Of a stretch of 64,000 bases of DNA, positions 9,916-19,507 are shown in pieces (positions within the stretch are counted from its first letter, which is position 1; each line of letters begins with the position of its first letter). The stretch spans positions 1,440,001 through 1,504,000 of the forward strand of contig OY970309.1 in the NCBI GenBank assembly GCA_963716395.1. The letters run 5' to 3'. The notes below the pieces were generated by a model, which saw nothing but the letters and a program-made list of their open reading frames with translations, did no database searches and was not told where the DNA came from. The DNA comes from an uncultured Fibrobacteria bacterium (GTDB taxonomy: Bacteria > Fibrobacterota > Fibrobacteria > UBA11236). Made by a program: the position numbers and the translations under genes.

Positions 9916-10317
9916 CTACGGCCTGAAAAATAAGGATTGCAGTTTCCGGTGAGCCTCCTGCATCGCGTTCAGATAGGCGGGCAAGCGCAGATAAATTTCC
10001 TGCGCCTTGGATTCTTTGTAAGTATGGGAAGTTTGATTCCGGTCCTCCAACATGTCCAGCCATAGCTTCTCCTGATCGAGCCAGCCGGCCATATAGGCTT
10101 CGGAAAGCACATCGCGGGGCAAAACGGCTTGCTTCCCCTTGGCGGCAAGTAAGTGCTTCAGGGTTTTCCAGAATATCTCGAAGGTAAACTCGAAGCGCTG
10201 GATGGAGGCGTCCACCATCATACGTTTCGCATCCGTGGGTTCGGCCAAAGCCTCTTCGAAGCGTTGCAAAGCCCGGGTCAGGTTGGCGAAGGAAATTTTC
10301 CACGATTCATTGGCCAT
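9916..10317 (-). CDS. HEPN-domain protein, HI0074-like nucleotidyltransferase substrate-binding family (putative RNase toxin)
   Basis: DASIQRFEFTFEIFWKTLK signature and intact RX4HXY motif (RNQTSHTY); 133 aa, paired with the upstream MNT. Confidence 0.88.
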   Translation of the reverse strand: MANESWKISFANLTRALQRFEEALAEPTDAKRMMVDASIQRFEFTFEIFWKTLKHLLAAKGKQAVLPRDVLSEAYMAGWLDQEKLWLDMLEDRNQTSHTYKESKAQEIYLRLPAYLNAMQEAHRKLQSLFFRP

Positions 10318-10642
10318 GCGACGATTCCGATGTCAAGACGCCGGGTCGATGAAAAAGCTCCACGTGATCGGTCACAATCGAATCCCGCAATTCGTCATGA
10401 ATTTGCAGCGTGTCGAAGCGCACGCAATCGATGTGCAGCAAGGTGTCGGCCTCTTCGACGAGGTCGAGAACTTGGCGCCAATCCTCCCGCGAGGCGTGCG
10501 GACAGAGGACGGCCAAATCGATGTCGGCCCGCGCGAAATTGTCGCCCCGCGCCCGCGACCCATACAGCCAAACCGCATCGACAAAGGGCAGGGCTTCGAG
10601 GCGGTGCAGAAAAGCGTAATCGGGCAGGCCCGGGATGTTCAC
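10307..10642 (-). CDS. minimal nucleotidyltransferase (MNT), putative antitoxin
   Basis: LYGSRARGDNFARADIDLAV = GSX10DXD motif; 111 aa; GTG start overlaps the nuoG TGA (GTGA). Confidence 0.9.
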   Translation of the reverse strand: MNIPGLPDYAFLHRLEALPFVDAVWLYGSRARGDNFARADIDLAVLCPHASREDWRQVLDLVEEADTLLHIDCVRFDTLQIHDELRDSIVTDHVELFHRPGVLTSESSHGQ

Positions 10643-12099
10643 GCCTTCACTCCGCTTTCCAGTTCGCGCCGCAGCGCGGTCACGATTTCGGTTTCGGGCA
10701 GGCCGTAGGTCACCGGCTCCAGCGCCGGTTCGAAGGTCTGGGTCAAGCCGGTGCGGTTCACGAACGACCCGGATTTTTCGAAAGAGGTCAGGGTCGGCAA
10801 AGCCACCCCCACGTTACCGTAGCGCAGAAGTGAACCGGCCGCGAAGTCGAGCAGCACCACGTTTTGGCAGCGGCCAAGCACGGCCTCGAAGTCGGGCGTC
10901 GGCTGGAAATCGGGAATGTTGTGCACCAGCAGCAGGCAGCCAATGGCTTCTTTTTCGGCCGCCAGCGCGCGCAGCGAAGCCTCGGGGTCTTCGATGCCCA
11001 AGACCTGGCGCAGGCCGGCGCGATTGGGATTTTTGTCGCCGCTGATGGTGAATCCCGGAAAAACCTGGTCCGCAGCGGGTGGATTGGCATAGCCGAAAAT
11101 CCGCAGGGCGGGGAATTCCGCGGCCAGAAAATCCTGGAGCGCGCGCAGGCTTTCGTTGGTGTTCCAGGCCGATAGTAAAGCCGCAGCGCCGGGTGTCGCC
11201 AAGGCTGCCAACGCCGCGCGCCGCGCCTCTTTCCAGGAAGCCTCGCGGCCCTGCACCATGGGCTTCTGCAGCCGGCCTTCGTGCACGTAGTCGAAGGCCA
11301 GCCGGCCGTGATCGCACATCCAGGCTTTGTTTACCGCGTCGTTGCGGCGCGGCAGAATGCGCTTGATCTTGTCTTTGGCGTCGAGATCGACGCGCGTATT
11401 GCAGCCCACCGCGCAGGCGGCGCACACCGAATCGCGCGCATGCAAATGCCAGACGCGGCTTTGAAACAAAAAGTCCGACGACACCAAGGCGCCCACGGGG
11501 CAAATGTCGACGGTATTAAGCGACAGGGGATTGTCGAGGTTCTTGCCCGGGAACAGGGCGATTTCGCTGCGGTCGCCGCGGTAGATGACGCCGAGTTCGG
11601 CGTTGCCGGACACTTCTTCCGTAAAGCGCACGCAGCGCGTGCATACGATACAGCGCGAGCCCCAATACTTGACATGCGGTCCCATGGTGGCTTTCGATTT
11701 ACGGACTTTCTCCTCATGGAAGCGGCCGTGATCGCGGCCGTATTCAAAGCTGTAATCCTGGAGCTTGCATTCGCCCGATTGATCGCATTCGGGGCAGTCG
11801 AGCGGATGGTTGATGAGCAGGAATTCCATCACCGATTTGCGCGCTTCTTCGACGTCTTGGCCGGTGGTCGACACTTCCATGCCTTCGGTCACGGGTTGGG
11901 CGCAAGACACCACCGGCCGGGGAATGCCTTTCACCGACACCATGCAGATGCGGCAATTGCCGGCGATGGTGAGATCCGGGTGGTAGCAATAATGCGGCAC
12001 CTCGATGCCGTTGTGGTGGCAGGCGCGGATCACGGTCCAGTCCGCGGGTACGGAATACTCATTGCCGTCGATTTTGATGTTCACTTCTTTACCGCTCAT
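10639..12099 (-). CDS. nuoG: NADH-quinone oxidoreductase subunit G (short form)
   Basis: Fe-S motifs CYHP..GNCRIC, HPLDCPECDQSGEC, CIVCTRC..DICP and CAACAVGC..CDHGR; shortened molybdopterin-like C-terminal part. Confidence 0.9.
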   Translation of the reverse strand: MSGKEVNIKIDGNEYSVPADWTVIRACHHNGIEVPHYCYHPDLTIAGNCRICMVSVKGIPRPVVSCAQPVTEGMEVSTTGQDVEEARKSVMEFLLINHPLDCPECDQSGECKLQDYSFEYGRDHGRFHEEKVRKSKATMGPHVKYWGSRCIVCTRCVRFTEEVSGNAELGVIYRGDRSEIALFPGKNLDNPLSLNTVDICPVGALVSSDFLFQSRVWHLHARDSVCAACAVGCNTRVDLDAKDKIKRILPRRNDAVNKAWMCDHGRLAFDYVHEGRLQKPMVQGREASWKEARRAALAALATPGAAALLSAWNTNESLRALQDFLAAEFPALRIFGYANPPAADQVFPGFTISGDKNPNRAGLRQVLGIEDPEASLRALAAEKEAIGCLLLVHNIPDFQPTPDFEAVLGRCQNVVLLDFAAGSLLRYGNVGVALPTLTSFEKSGSFVNRTGLTQTFEPALEPVTYGLPETEIVTALRRELESGVKA

Positions 12100-13514
12100 A
12101 CCCGTCCCATTCCCAAGCCCACGTCCAGCACGTTCGGACCGCCATGCGCCACGGTTTCGCGTTTGGCGGCGGGCGTGATTTCATCGCGCGCCGTGCGTTT
12201 TCGTTCCTCGAAAGCCGGCGCCTGCGCGCGCTGTTCGAATTCGCCGCGAAAGTGTTGCAAATAGCTTTGCATGGGCATGGCGGCGGCATCGGCCAGCACG
12301 CAAATCGTGCGGCCGCGCATATTCTTGGCCACCTCGCCGACCAGGTCGACATCGCCCGCATGCGCATGGCCCGCATGGAATTTATGCGCCAGCTTTTCCA
12401 GCCAGCCCGTGCCTTCGCGGCAAGGCGTGCATTGGCCGCAGCTCTCGTGGTGGTAAAAGCGCATGGTGTTGTACACCGCCGACATGAGATCGACGCCGTC
12501 ATGCAGCACGGTGATGCCGCCCGACCCCAGCATTGAACCGAGCCCGGCCAGGCTTTCATAATCCAGCGTGCATTTTTCCACCATCTCCGGCGTCAGCAGC
12601 GGCGCCGACAAACCGCCGGGAATCACGGCTTTGAGCGTGTGCCCGTCGACCAGTCCGCCGCCCTGCCCTTCGATGAATTCCTTCATGGTGATGCCCAGCG
12701 GCACCTCGTACACGCCGGGCTTTTTCACCGCGCCCGACAAACAGAAAATTTTGAAACCGGGGCTTTTTTCCGTGCCCCATTGCTTGTGCCAGGCCGCGCC
12801 GTTTTTCAAGATGTGGGTGACGTTGGCGATGGTCTCGACATTGTTCACAATGGTGGGGCATTTGAACAGCCCCGAAATGGCGGGAAAGGGCGGCTTGATT
12901 TTCGGGTAACCGCGCCCGCCTTCGATGGAAGACAGCATGCCGGTTTCTTCGCCGCAGATGTAGGCGCCCGCGCCGCGCATGACCACGACCTTGAGTTCGA
13001 AGCCTTGGCCGAACGCGTTGGGGCCGATGAAACCCTTGGCCTTGGCCTCGCGCAAGGCCGCGTCGAGGCGTTCGTAGCCCAGAATGAATTCGCCGCGCAG
13101 GTAGATGAAGGCGTGATGGCTTTGAATCGCCCAGCAGGTGAGAATCACGCCTTCGAGCAGTTGATGCGGATCTTTTTCCAGAATGTGCCGGTCTTTGAAG
13201 GTGCCGGGCTCGCTTTCGTCACCGTTCACCGCGAGGTAAATCGGCTTGCCTGTTCCCTTGGCCAGAAAGCTCCACTTCTTGCCCGTGGGAAAGCCCGCAC
13301 CGCCGCGGCCGCGCAAGCCGGATTCCATCACGATTTGGACCAGCGAGGCGGGATCGGCCGACCCAACCAAGTTTCGGGCGGTTTCATAGCCGCCGCGCGC
13401 AAGATAATGTTCGAGGGTATGCGATCCGGCTTCGTGGATGTATTTCAGAATAACCGGCGCAAACGGAACCACGGGTTTGGGCGCGGCTGTAGAGGGCGCG
13501 GGGGTATCAGCCAT
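12096..13514 (-). CDS. nuoF: NADH-quinone oxidoreductase subunit F
   Basis: GLRGRGGAGFPTG, NGDESEPGTFKDR, GAGAYICGEET, ESCGQCTPCREG. Confidence 0.97.
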   Translation of the reverse strand: MADTPAPSTAAPKPVVPFAPVILKYIHEAGSHTLEHYLARGGYETARNLVGSADPASLVQIVMESGLRGRGGAGFPTGKKWSFLAKGTGKPIYLAVNGDESEPGTFKDRHILEKDPHQLLEGVILTCWAIQSHHAFIYLRGEFILGYERLDAALREAKAKGFIGPNAFGQGFELKVVVMRGAGAYICGEETGMLSSIEGGRGYPKIKPPFPAISGLFKCPTIVNNVETIANVTHILKNGAAWHKQWGTEKSPGFKIFCLSGAVKKPGVYEVPLGITMKEFIEGQGGGLVDGHTLKAVIPGGLSAPLLTPEMVEKCTLDYESLAGLGSMLGSGGITVLHDGVDLMSAVYNTMRFYHHESCGQCTPCREGTGWLEKLAHKFHAGHAHAGDVDLVGEVAKNMRGRTICVLADAAAMPMQSYLQHFRGEFEQRAQAPAFEERKRTARDEITPAAKRETVAHGGPNVLDVGLGMGRV

Positions 13515-14241
13515 GATCGGCTCCGTTCAGCGCGCCGTCGGCCACGGGCGCGGTCAGCGGCGTCTTGAGCGGCGGCGGCACCACGGTGGTGGCGGGCGCC
13601 GCACCCGCTTGGAAATACGGATCCTTGTCGTCGAAATGGCGCGCGCCGGTTTGGGTTTCGCCCGCAAAATTGTAATGCGCGGGCAGCACGGGAACGCGCA
13701 AATCCATAGGCGCGGCCGGCGTGCCGCGATAATCCTCCGGGGTCTTGCCTTCCTTTTTCAGCAGGGCGTCGAGATAATCGTCCAACGCTTTTCCCTTCAT
13801 GAAGCAGAAATGCTCGGAGTCTTTTTGCAGCACCGGCGGGCGGTCGCAATCGGCCAGGCATTCCACCTTCTCGCAGGAGAACAGGCCGTCGACCGTGCGT
13901 TCGCCGGGCTTGATTCCCAGCTTGGCCTCGATTTGCCGGAGCGCCGCGCCGGTGTTGCCATCGAGCGCGCACATGAGGGTCGCGCAGACCATGAAACGGT
14001 GCTTGCCATGCGCGGGCCGCTTGAAATGCGTGTAAAAAGTCACCATGCCCAGCACATGCGCCGGGCTTTCGCCGCACAAGTCGGAGGCGATTTCCATGCC
14101 GGCATCGTCGATGCAGCCGAACTCCTCTTCGATCAAACGCAGGGTCATCATCAGCATCGAGCGTTTGTTGGGATAGTCGTCGACCATGTCGTGAAAACGG
14201 CGCAGTCGTTCGGACGACAAAGTTTTCTTGGCAGCAATCAT
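13507..14241 (-). CDS. nuoE: NADH-quinone oxidoreductase subunit E with C-terminal extension
   Basis: VTFYTHF; [2Fe-2S] cysteines CATLMC...ECLADC; Pro/Ala-rich tail. Confidence 0.92.
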   Translation of the reverse strand: MIAAKKTLSSERLRRFHDMVDDYPNKRSMLMMTLRLIEEEFGCIDDAGMEIASDLCGESPAHVLGMVTFYTHFKRPAHGKHRFMVCATLMCALDGNTGAALRQIEAKLGIKPGERTVDGLFSCEKVECLADCDRPPVLQKDSEHFCFMKGKALDDYLDALLKKEGKTPEDYRGTPAAPMDLRVPVLPAHYNFAGETQTGARHFDDKDPYFQAGAAPATTVVPPPLKTPLTAPVADGALNGADHG

Positions 14242-15449
14242 CGGTCGAGTTCTCCGGCGATGATGTTGAACGAGGCGAGAATGGCCACCAGATCCGACAG
14301 CATGGCGCCTTCCAGCAGGCGCGGCAGAATCGGGTAATTGATGAACGACGGCGGACGAATGCGCACGCGCCAGGGATTGGAGCTGCCGTCGGAGATGAGG
14401 AAGAAGCCCAATTCGCCATTGGGGCTTTCGGTGGCCGAATAAACATCAGTGACGGGCGGACGCAGACCATGCTCTTCGCCCGGCATGATCATTTTGAAAT
14501 GGTGGATCAGCGATTCCATATCGCGGTAGGTCGAAAGCTTGTCGGGCAAGGCGTGCTTTTGATCCAGCGCGGAGATGGGGCCGGGTTCGAGCAGTTTCAT
14601 GGCCTGGCGCACCAGGGCGATGCTTTGATCCATTTCATCGATTCGAACTTTGTAGCGCGCCAGACTGTCGCCTTCGGAATAAAGCGGCACCTCGAATTGC
14701 AACTCGTCGTAAATCAGATAGGGCCGGTACTTGCGCAAATCGTAGTCGACTCCGGAAGCGCGCGCCATGGGACCGGTGATGCCGTAGGCTTCGACGTCGG
14801 CCTTGGAAATCACGCCGGTGCCCTGGGTGCGATCGAGAAAGATGCGGTTCTTGTAAAAACTGTCGCGCAACTTCTCCACCGTGCCGGCCATGCTGTCGAG
14901 AATGGCGTTGGTCCGCTGTTCGAAGCCTTCGGGCAAATCAAAGGCCACGCCGCCCACGCGGGTATAGCTGGTGGTGAGCCGCGTTCCCGTCACGGCCTCA
15001 AACACGTCGTACAGCTTTTCGCGCTCCACGAAGGTCCAGAGAATGGAGGTGAAGGCGCCCAGATCCATGGCCATGGCGCCCACGCACAGCGAGTGATCGG
15101 CCAGGCGCGACATCTCGGCGAGAATGGTGCGAATCACCTGGCAGCGGCGCGGTGGCTGCAAGCCCAGCAGTTCTTCGACCGCCACCGCGAAGCCGATGTT
15201 GTTGTTGAGGGGCGAGAAATAATTGAGCCGGTCGGTGAGCGTGACGAATTGATTGTAGGTGCGGTATTCGCCCAGTTTTTCAAAACCGGTATGCAGAAAA
15301 CCGATTTCTTGCGCGGCCTTAACGATGCGCTCGCCCCGGACCTCCATCTTGACCCGCAACGTTCCGTGCATGGCCGGGTGCGACGGCCCGACGTTCATGT
15401 GCATGGTGTTTTCGGTTTGCTCGACGACTTCCTGTTCGTAGGAATACAT
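14238..15449 (-). CDS. nuoD: NADH-quinone oxidoreductase subunit D
   Basis: NVGPSHPAMHGTLR, GFLHTGFEK, DRLNY, ESPNGELG, C-terminal GELDR. Confidence 0.97.
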   Translation of the reverse strand: MYSYEQEVVEQTENTMHMNVGPSHPAMHGTLRVKMEVRGERIVKAAQEIGFLHTGFEKLGEYRTYNQFVTLTDRLNYFSPLNNNIGFAVAVEELLGLQPPRRCQVIRTILAEMSRLADHSLCVGAMAMDLGAFTSILWTFVEREKLYDVFEAVTGTRLTTSYTRVGGVAFDLPEGFEQRTNAILDSMAGTVEKLRDSFYKNRIFLDRTQGTGVISKADVEAYGITGPMARASGVDYDLRKYRPYLIYDELQFEVPLYSEGDSLARYKVRIDEMDQSIALVRQAMKLLEPGPISALDQKHALPDKLSTYRDMESLIHHFKMIMPGEEHGLRPPVTDVYSATESPNGELGFFLISDGSSNPWRVRIRPPSFINYPILPRLLEGAMLSDLVAILASFNIIAGELDR

Positions 15450-15452
15450 GGC

Positions 15453-16001
15453 TCAATCCTTGGGCGCCTGCGCCGCGGGAACGGCGTGGTACACGGGAAA
15501 GTTGCCGCGTTCGCCGCGTCCGCGCAGGGGATAGTCTTTGCGCAGCGGATGGCCCTCGTAGTCGTCGGGCAGAAGAATGCGGCGCAAGTTTGGGTGGCCG
15601 GTGAATTCCAGTCCGTACAAATCCCACACTTCGCGTTCGGCCCAATCGGCGGCCAAAAACACATCGGTTAGGGAAGCCAGGCGGGGCGCGGCCTCAGAGA
15701 CGAAGGTGCGCACCTGGGCCTTGACGCCCAGAGACGGTGACAGCAAAGTTACGATGACGCCGAAGCGTTCGGGCATGGATTGCGGGTATTTCAAATAGTC
15801 GGCGCCGCACAGATCGATGAAATAGGTGCAGCGCAAATCCGCGTCTTCTTTGAGAAAGCGCAACAGCGGCTTATACTCGGGCGGCCGCACGGAGAATTGG
15901 AAGTATTGGGTTTTCTCCTCTTTGCCGAGAAGTTTGTCGCCCAGAAACCCTTCGACCTTGGCCGCGGTTTTCGCCAGGTTCTCCTTGTGAAATACCATCA
16001 T
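15453..16001 (-). CDS. nuoC: NADH-quinone oxidoreductase subunit C
   Basis: [28 protein letters not shown]...GHPLRKDYP; start ATG 16001 overlaps the nuoB stop (ATGA). Confidence 0.95.
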   Translation of the reverse strand: MMVFHKENLAKTAAKVEGFLGDKLLGKEEKTQYFQFSVRPPEYKPLLRFLKEDADLRCTYFIDLCGADYLKYPQSMPERFGVIVTLLSPSLGVKAQVRTFVSEAAPRLASLTDVFLAADWAEREVWDLYGLEFTGHPNLRRILLPDDYEGHPLRKDYPLRGRGERGNFPVYHAVPAAQAPKD

Positions 16002-16558
16002 GCCTTGTGCTGCCGGTAAAAGGCGTCGGGCGTGCGCGAAGCCGGCGAATTCGTCGGGTCGCGGCCGGTTTCGTCGGAAACGAAATCGTCGGATTTGGCC
16101 TGGCCGTGCTTGGCTTTTTCCTGCACCGTCATCAGGGCTTCGATGAAGGCTTCGGGCCGCGGCGGGCAGCCGGGCATATAGGCGTCGACCGGAATGAATT
16201 GATCCACGCCCTGGATCAGGGCGTAGGTGTCGAACACCCCGCCACTGCTGGCGCAGGCGCCCATGGAGATGCACCATTTGGGTTCGGGCATCTGTTCCCA
16301 GATGCGTTGCAACACGGGCATCATCTTGAGCGCGATGCGGCCCGACACGATGAGCAAATCCGACTGGCGCGGCGAAAACTTGAGCACTTCGGAACCGAAG
16401 CGCGAAGCGTCGTATTTGGGCATGAAGGTGGCCATCATTTCGATGCCACAACAGGCCGTGCCGAAGGGCATGGGCCACAGCGAATTCGCGCGGGCCCAAT
16501 TGATGGCGAAGCCCAGGCGCGTGGTCACGACGTCATTCAAAGCTTCGCCTATTCCCAT
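15998..16558 (-). CDS. nuoB: NADH-quinone oxidoreductase subunit B
   Basis: [34 protein letters not shown]; start ATG 16558. Confidence 0.97.
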   Translation of the reverse strand: MGIGEALNDVVTTRLGFAINWARANSLWPMPFGTACCGIEMMATFMPKYDASRFGSEVLKFSPRQSDLLIVSGRIALKMMPVLQRIWEQMPEPKWCISMGACASSGGVFDTYALIQGVDQFIPVDAYMPGCPPRPEAFIEALMTVQEKAKHGQAKSDDFVSDETGRDPTNSPASRTPDAFYRQHKA

Positions 16559-16911
16559 TGCAAGGCTCCGGTGCGCAAGATGTAAACCAGCCCCAAACCC
16601 AGCACGGCCAAGAAGAGCAGCACGGCTTCCAGCGCGCCGCCGCCTAGCAGGCGCTTGTAACCGACGGCGAAGGGCAACAGAAAAATGGTTTCGATGTCGA
16701 AGAGGATAAAAAGCAGGGCGAAGGTATAGAATTTGATGGCGACGGGTTTGTGGGGGCTTTCGAGAGCATCGACGCCGCATTCATAGGGTTGGTATTTCAC
16801 CTTGGTATAGGTGCGGCGCGGACCGAGCAAGGTCGAAAGCGCGATGGCGGCCACGCCGATGAACACAGCCAACCCGGCGTAGACGATTAAAGGAAGGAAT
16901 TCGCTTAACAT
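16549..16911 (-). CDS. nuoA: NADH-quinone oxidoreductase subunit A
   Basis: [25 protein letters not shown]; ATG 16911 follows purine-rich AGAGAGAAG. Confidence 0.95.
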   Translation of the reverse strand: MLSEFLPLIVYAGLAVFIGVAAIALSTLLGPRRTYTKVKYQPYECGVDALESPHKPVAIKFYTFALLFILFDIETIFLLPFAVGYKRLLGGGALEAVLLFLAVLGLGLVYILRTGALQWE

Positions 16912-17064
16912 CTTCTCTCTGCTCGCCGCGACGCTGTTCAATTCTCCCGGCCGGAGCCGTCACATGGTGGCAGGGTCTCCGTCTTTTGCCCAGGTGAACT
17001 CGGCCGCGGACTGAAAATTTAGGAAAAATCGCGGGCGCGGGCGATTTTCCGTCCCGGTCCCTCT

Positions 17065-18312
17065 TCAGCTCAAAGGGTAGGGCTCAGGGCGAACCCGGCG
17101 CAATTTCTCCACTGCCGCGCGCAAGGTTTCATCGCGTTTGCAAAAGCAGAAGCGCAGCAGGTCGCGCCGCGCTTCGGGGCCGCTGCGATAAAAGGAAGAT
17201 CCGGGAACGGCGGAGACTCCGACCTCTTGCACCAGACGGCGCGCCAAACCGGCGTCGTCTTCGCGCGATCGCAGCCACGACCCGGCTGCGGCCATCACGT
17301 AATACGCGCCTTGCGGCTTGAAGCAGCGCATTCCGGCCGATTCCAAACCGGCGATCAGCAGCTCGCGGCGCATGCGGTATTCGAGGGCCAATTCGTGATA
17401 GTAGGCGGCGGGTAAGGCCAAGGCGCCCTGCACCGCGACTTGCAGCGGCGTGGCCGCGCATACCGTGAGAAAGTCATGCACCTTGCGCAAGGCCTCGGAG
17501 AGGGGTTTGCGGGCCAACGCCCACCCCACGCGCCAGCCGGTGACGGCATAGGTTTTGGAGGCGCTGTTGATGGTGACGGTGCGATCTTCGAGTCCGGCCA
17601 TCGCACCGGGGCTGCGGTGGCGCGCGCCGTCGTACAGGATGTGTTCGTAAATCTCGTCGGAAAAAACCCTGGCATTCCATTTCTGGCACAGCCGGGAGAT
17701 GATTTCAAGTTCGGCCGCGGTAAACACCTTGCCGGTGGGATTGTGCGGTGTGGTGATCACCACGGCCGCGGTTTTAGGGCCGAAGGCGCGCCGGAGTTCG
17801 CCTTCGTCGAAGGTCCAGTCGGGCGGGCGCAGGGTAACATACCGGGGACGGGCCCCGGAGAGATAGCTGTCGGGGTGGTAATTCTCGTAGAACGGCTGAA
17901 AGAGCACGACTTCGCGGCCTGCGTCGATGAGGCCGAGAAAAGCGCAGAGCATGGCTTCGGTGGCGCCGCAAGTCACCGTGACCTCGGTTTCCGCATCGAC
18001 GTCGATGCCGTTGTAGATCTTGGCTTTGCGGGCGATGGCCTGACGCAATCCCGGCAGGCCCCAGGTGATCGAATATTGATTGTGGTCTTTTTCGATGGCG
18101 TCGCGCGCCAGCCATTTGAGCTCGCGTGGGCAGGGAAAATCGGGAAAGCCCTGGGCCAGGTTCACGGCCCCATGCGCCAAAGCCAGGCGCGTCTGTTCGC
18201 GGATCACCGATTCGGTGAAGCGATGCAGGCGCCGCGCGGCTTGCGACGCCAAAGCCCGCGGCCGAGACGCGCGCCGCGCCGCGGCCTGCGACGCCGAGGT
18301 TCCGGTAGTCAC
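17065..18312 (-). CDS. PLP-dependent aminotransferase class I/II (YbdL/methionine-glutamine aminotransferase-like)
   Basis: NLAQGFPDF, PHNPTGK, SDEIYEH, SASKTYAVTGWRVG with the PLP lysine. Confidence 0.92.
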   Translation of the reverse strand: MTTGTSASQAAARRASRPRALASQAARRLHRFTESVIREQTRLALAHGAVNLAQGFPDFPCPRELKWLARDAIEKDHNQYSITWGLPGLRQAIARKAKIYNGIDVDAETEVTVTCGATEAMLCAFLGLIDAGREVVLFQPFYENYHPDSYLSGARPRYVTLRPPDWTFDEGELRRAFGPKTAAVVITTPHNPTGKVFTAAELEIISRLCQKWNARVFSDEIYEHILYDGARHRSPGAMAGLEDRTVTINSASKTYAVTGWRVGWALARKPLSEALRKVHDFLTVCAATPLQVAVQGALALPAAYYHELALEYRMRRELLIAGLESAGMRCFKPQGAYYVMAAAGSWLRSREDDAGLARRLVQEVGVSAVPGSSFYRSGPEARRDLLRFCFCKRDETLRAAVEKLRRVRPEPYPLS

Positions 18313-18986
18313 GCGCTTTCCCCGAAGCGGCGGAAGTAAAGCAGAAAAGCCAGCAGCGGCTGCACGCTGGTGATTTCGGCTGCGGCTTCGGAAAAGGTTT
18401 TCAGGGTGGTGGTGATGAATTCGCCTTCATCGGGGTGGCCGGCCTGGCCGCCTTCCAAGCTTTGCCATTGCGACTCGTCCAATTCCAGTTCGGCGCAGTA
18501 CAGATAAATGCTTTCGTCGGCGAGCCCGGGCGAACTGTATAAGGCCCGGCCCCACAACGGCGTCAGCGCTTCGCGTGCTATGCTTACCCCGGTTTCTTCT
18601 TCCAGTTCGCGCACGGCCACGCCGGTCGGGTCGTTCAGGTTTTCATCGAGCATGCCGGCGGGAAATTCCAGGCTCACGCCCCCATGTCCGATGCGCCGCT
18701 GGCGGATCATGAGAAACTTTTTTCCCCCGCCGCCGCGGCGGCGGCACACCGGCATCACCACACAGGCCGGGCCGCGCACAAGGGCATAGGGCATCAGCGG
18801 CTTGCCCTCGCCATCGCGTCCGAGGGCGCGCACCAAGGCGAACAGCAATTCCCCGTTGCGTTTGTGCAGGAGTTGCAGCGGTTCCAGGGCGTCGAGGCTG
18901 CAACCGGCCTCGGCCAGGCTTTGCTCCCAGGCGCGCACCTTGGGGGCTTGGCGCCAGGCGGAATCGTGATCAGGGTTTGACGTCAA
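18309..18986 (-). CDS. NUDIX hydrolase (ADP-sugar pyrophosphatase-like)
   Basis: Nudix box EFPAGMLD...AVRELEEETG and SSPG..DE. Start uncertain; TTG 18986 chosen. Confidence 0.85.
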   Translation of the reverse strand: MTSNPDHDSAWRQAPKVRAWEQSLAEAGCSLDALEPLQLLHKRNGELLFALVRALGRDGEGKPLMPYALVRGPACVVMPVCRRRGGGGKKFLMIRQRRIGHGGVSLEFPAGMLDENLNDPTGVAVRELEEETGVSIAREALTPLWGRALYSSPGLADESIYLYCAELELDESQWQSLEGGQAGHPDEGEFITTTLKTFSEAAAEITSVQPLLAFLLYFRRFGESA

Positions 18987-19479
18987 ACAGAGCCCCCAGG
19001 GCAAAGCGCCAAAAAACCTGGTTGTCCGCGCCCCAGGAAAAACTGGGCTGAAAGGCCGCGAACAAAGACCACGCGTTTTGCAGCGGTATCACGCCTTCGG
19101 CGTCGGCACCCGCCAGCAGGTGAAGTTTTTTGTCCCAATTCTGCGACACACCCAGGTGCAGCCCCAGCCGCGGAAACACGGCGTCGTCTGCGGAAGGGTG
19201 GAATTCGCGCTTCACTCCAAGCGTGGCTTCGAATTGGTTGACGACGGGCAAGGTGTTGAAGTCGGCCGTGGGTTTGAAATATTCATAACCGAGCAGAAGG
19301 CACGCCGTGCTGTTCTCCGCGAGGTGGGTTTCCACGCTTCCTTGCCCTCCCAAACCGCGCTGGTAACGATCGTCCCACACCGAGGCGCTGAGGGCGCCGC
19401 TCCAACCCTGCACGGTGAACGGGCCCAAGGCCCGGGCCCATGCAGCCAGAGTCAGCAGAACGAAGACGGCGTTTTTCAA
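18970..19479 (-). CDS. exported hypothetical protein, possibly a small outer-membrane beta-barrel
   Basis: SD AAGGAGG plus TTG start, signal peptide, alternating amphipathic beta-strand pattern. The fold is an inference. Confidence 0.55.
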   Translation of the reverse strand: MKNAVFVLLTLAAWARALGPFTVQGWSGALSASVWDDRYQRGLGGQGSVETHLAENSTACLLLGYEYFKPTADFNTLPVVNQFEATLGVKREFHPSADDAVFPRLGLHLGVSQNWDKKLHLLAGADAEGVIPLQNAWSLFAAFQPSFSWGADNQVFWRFALGALFDVKP

Positions 19480-19507
19480 GCGGCCTCCTTGCAGGCGCGG
19501 TTTTCCG

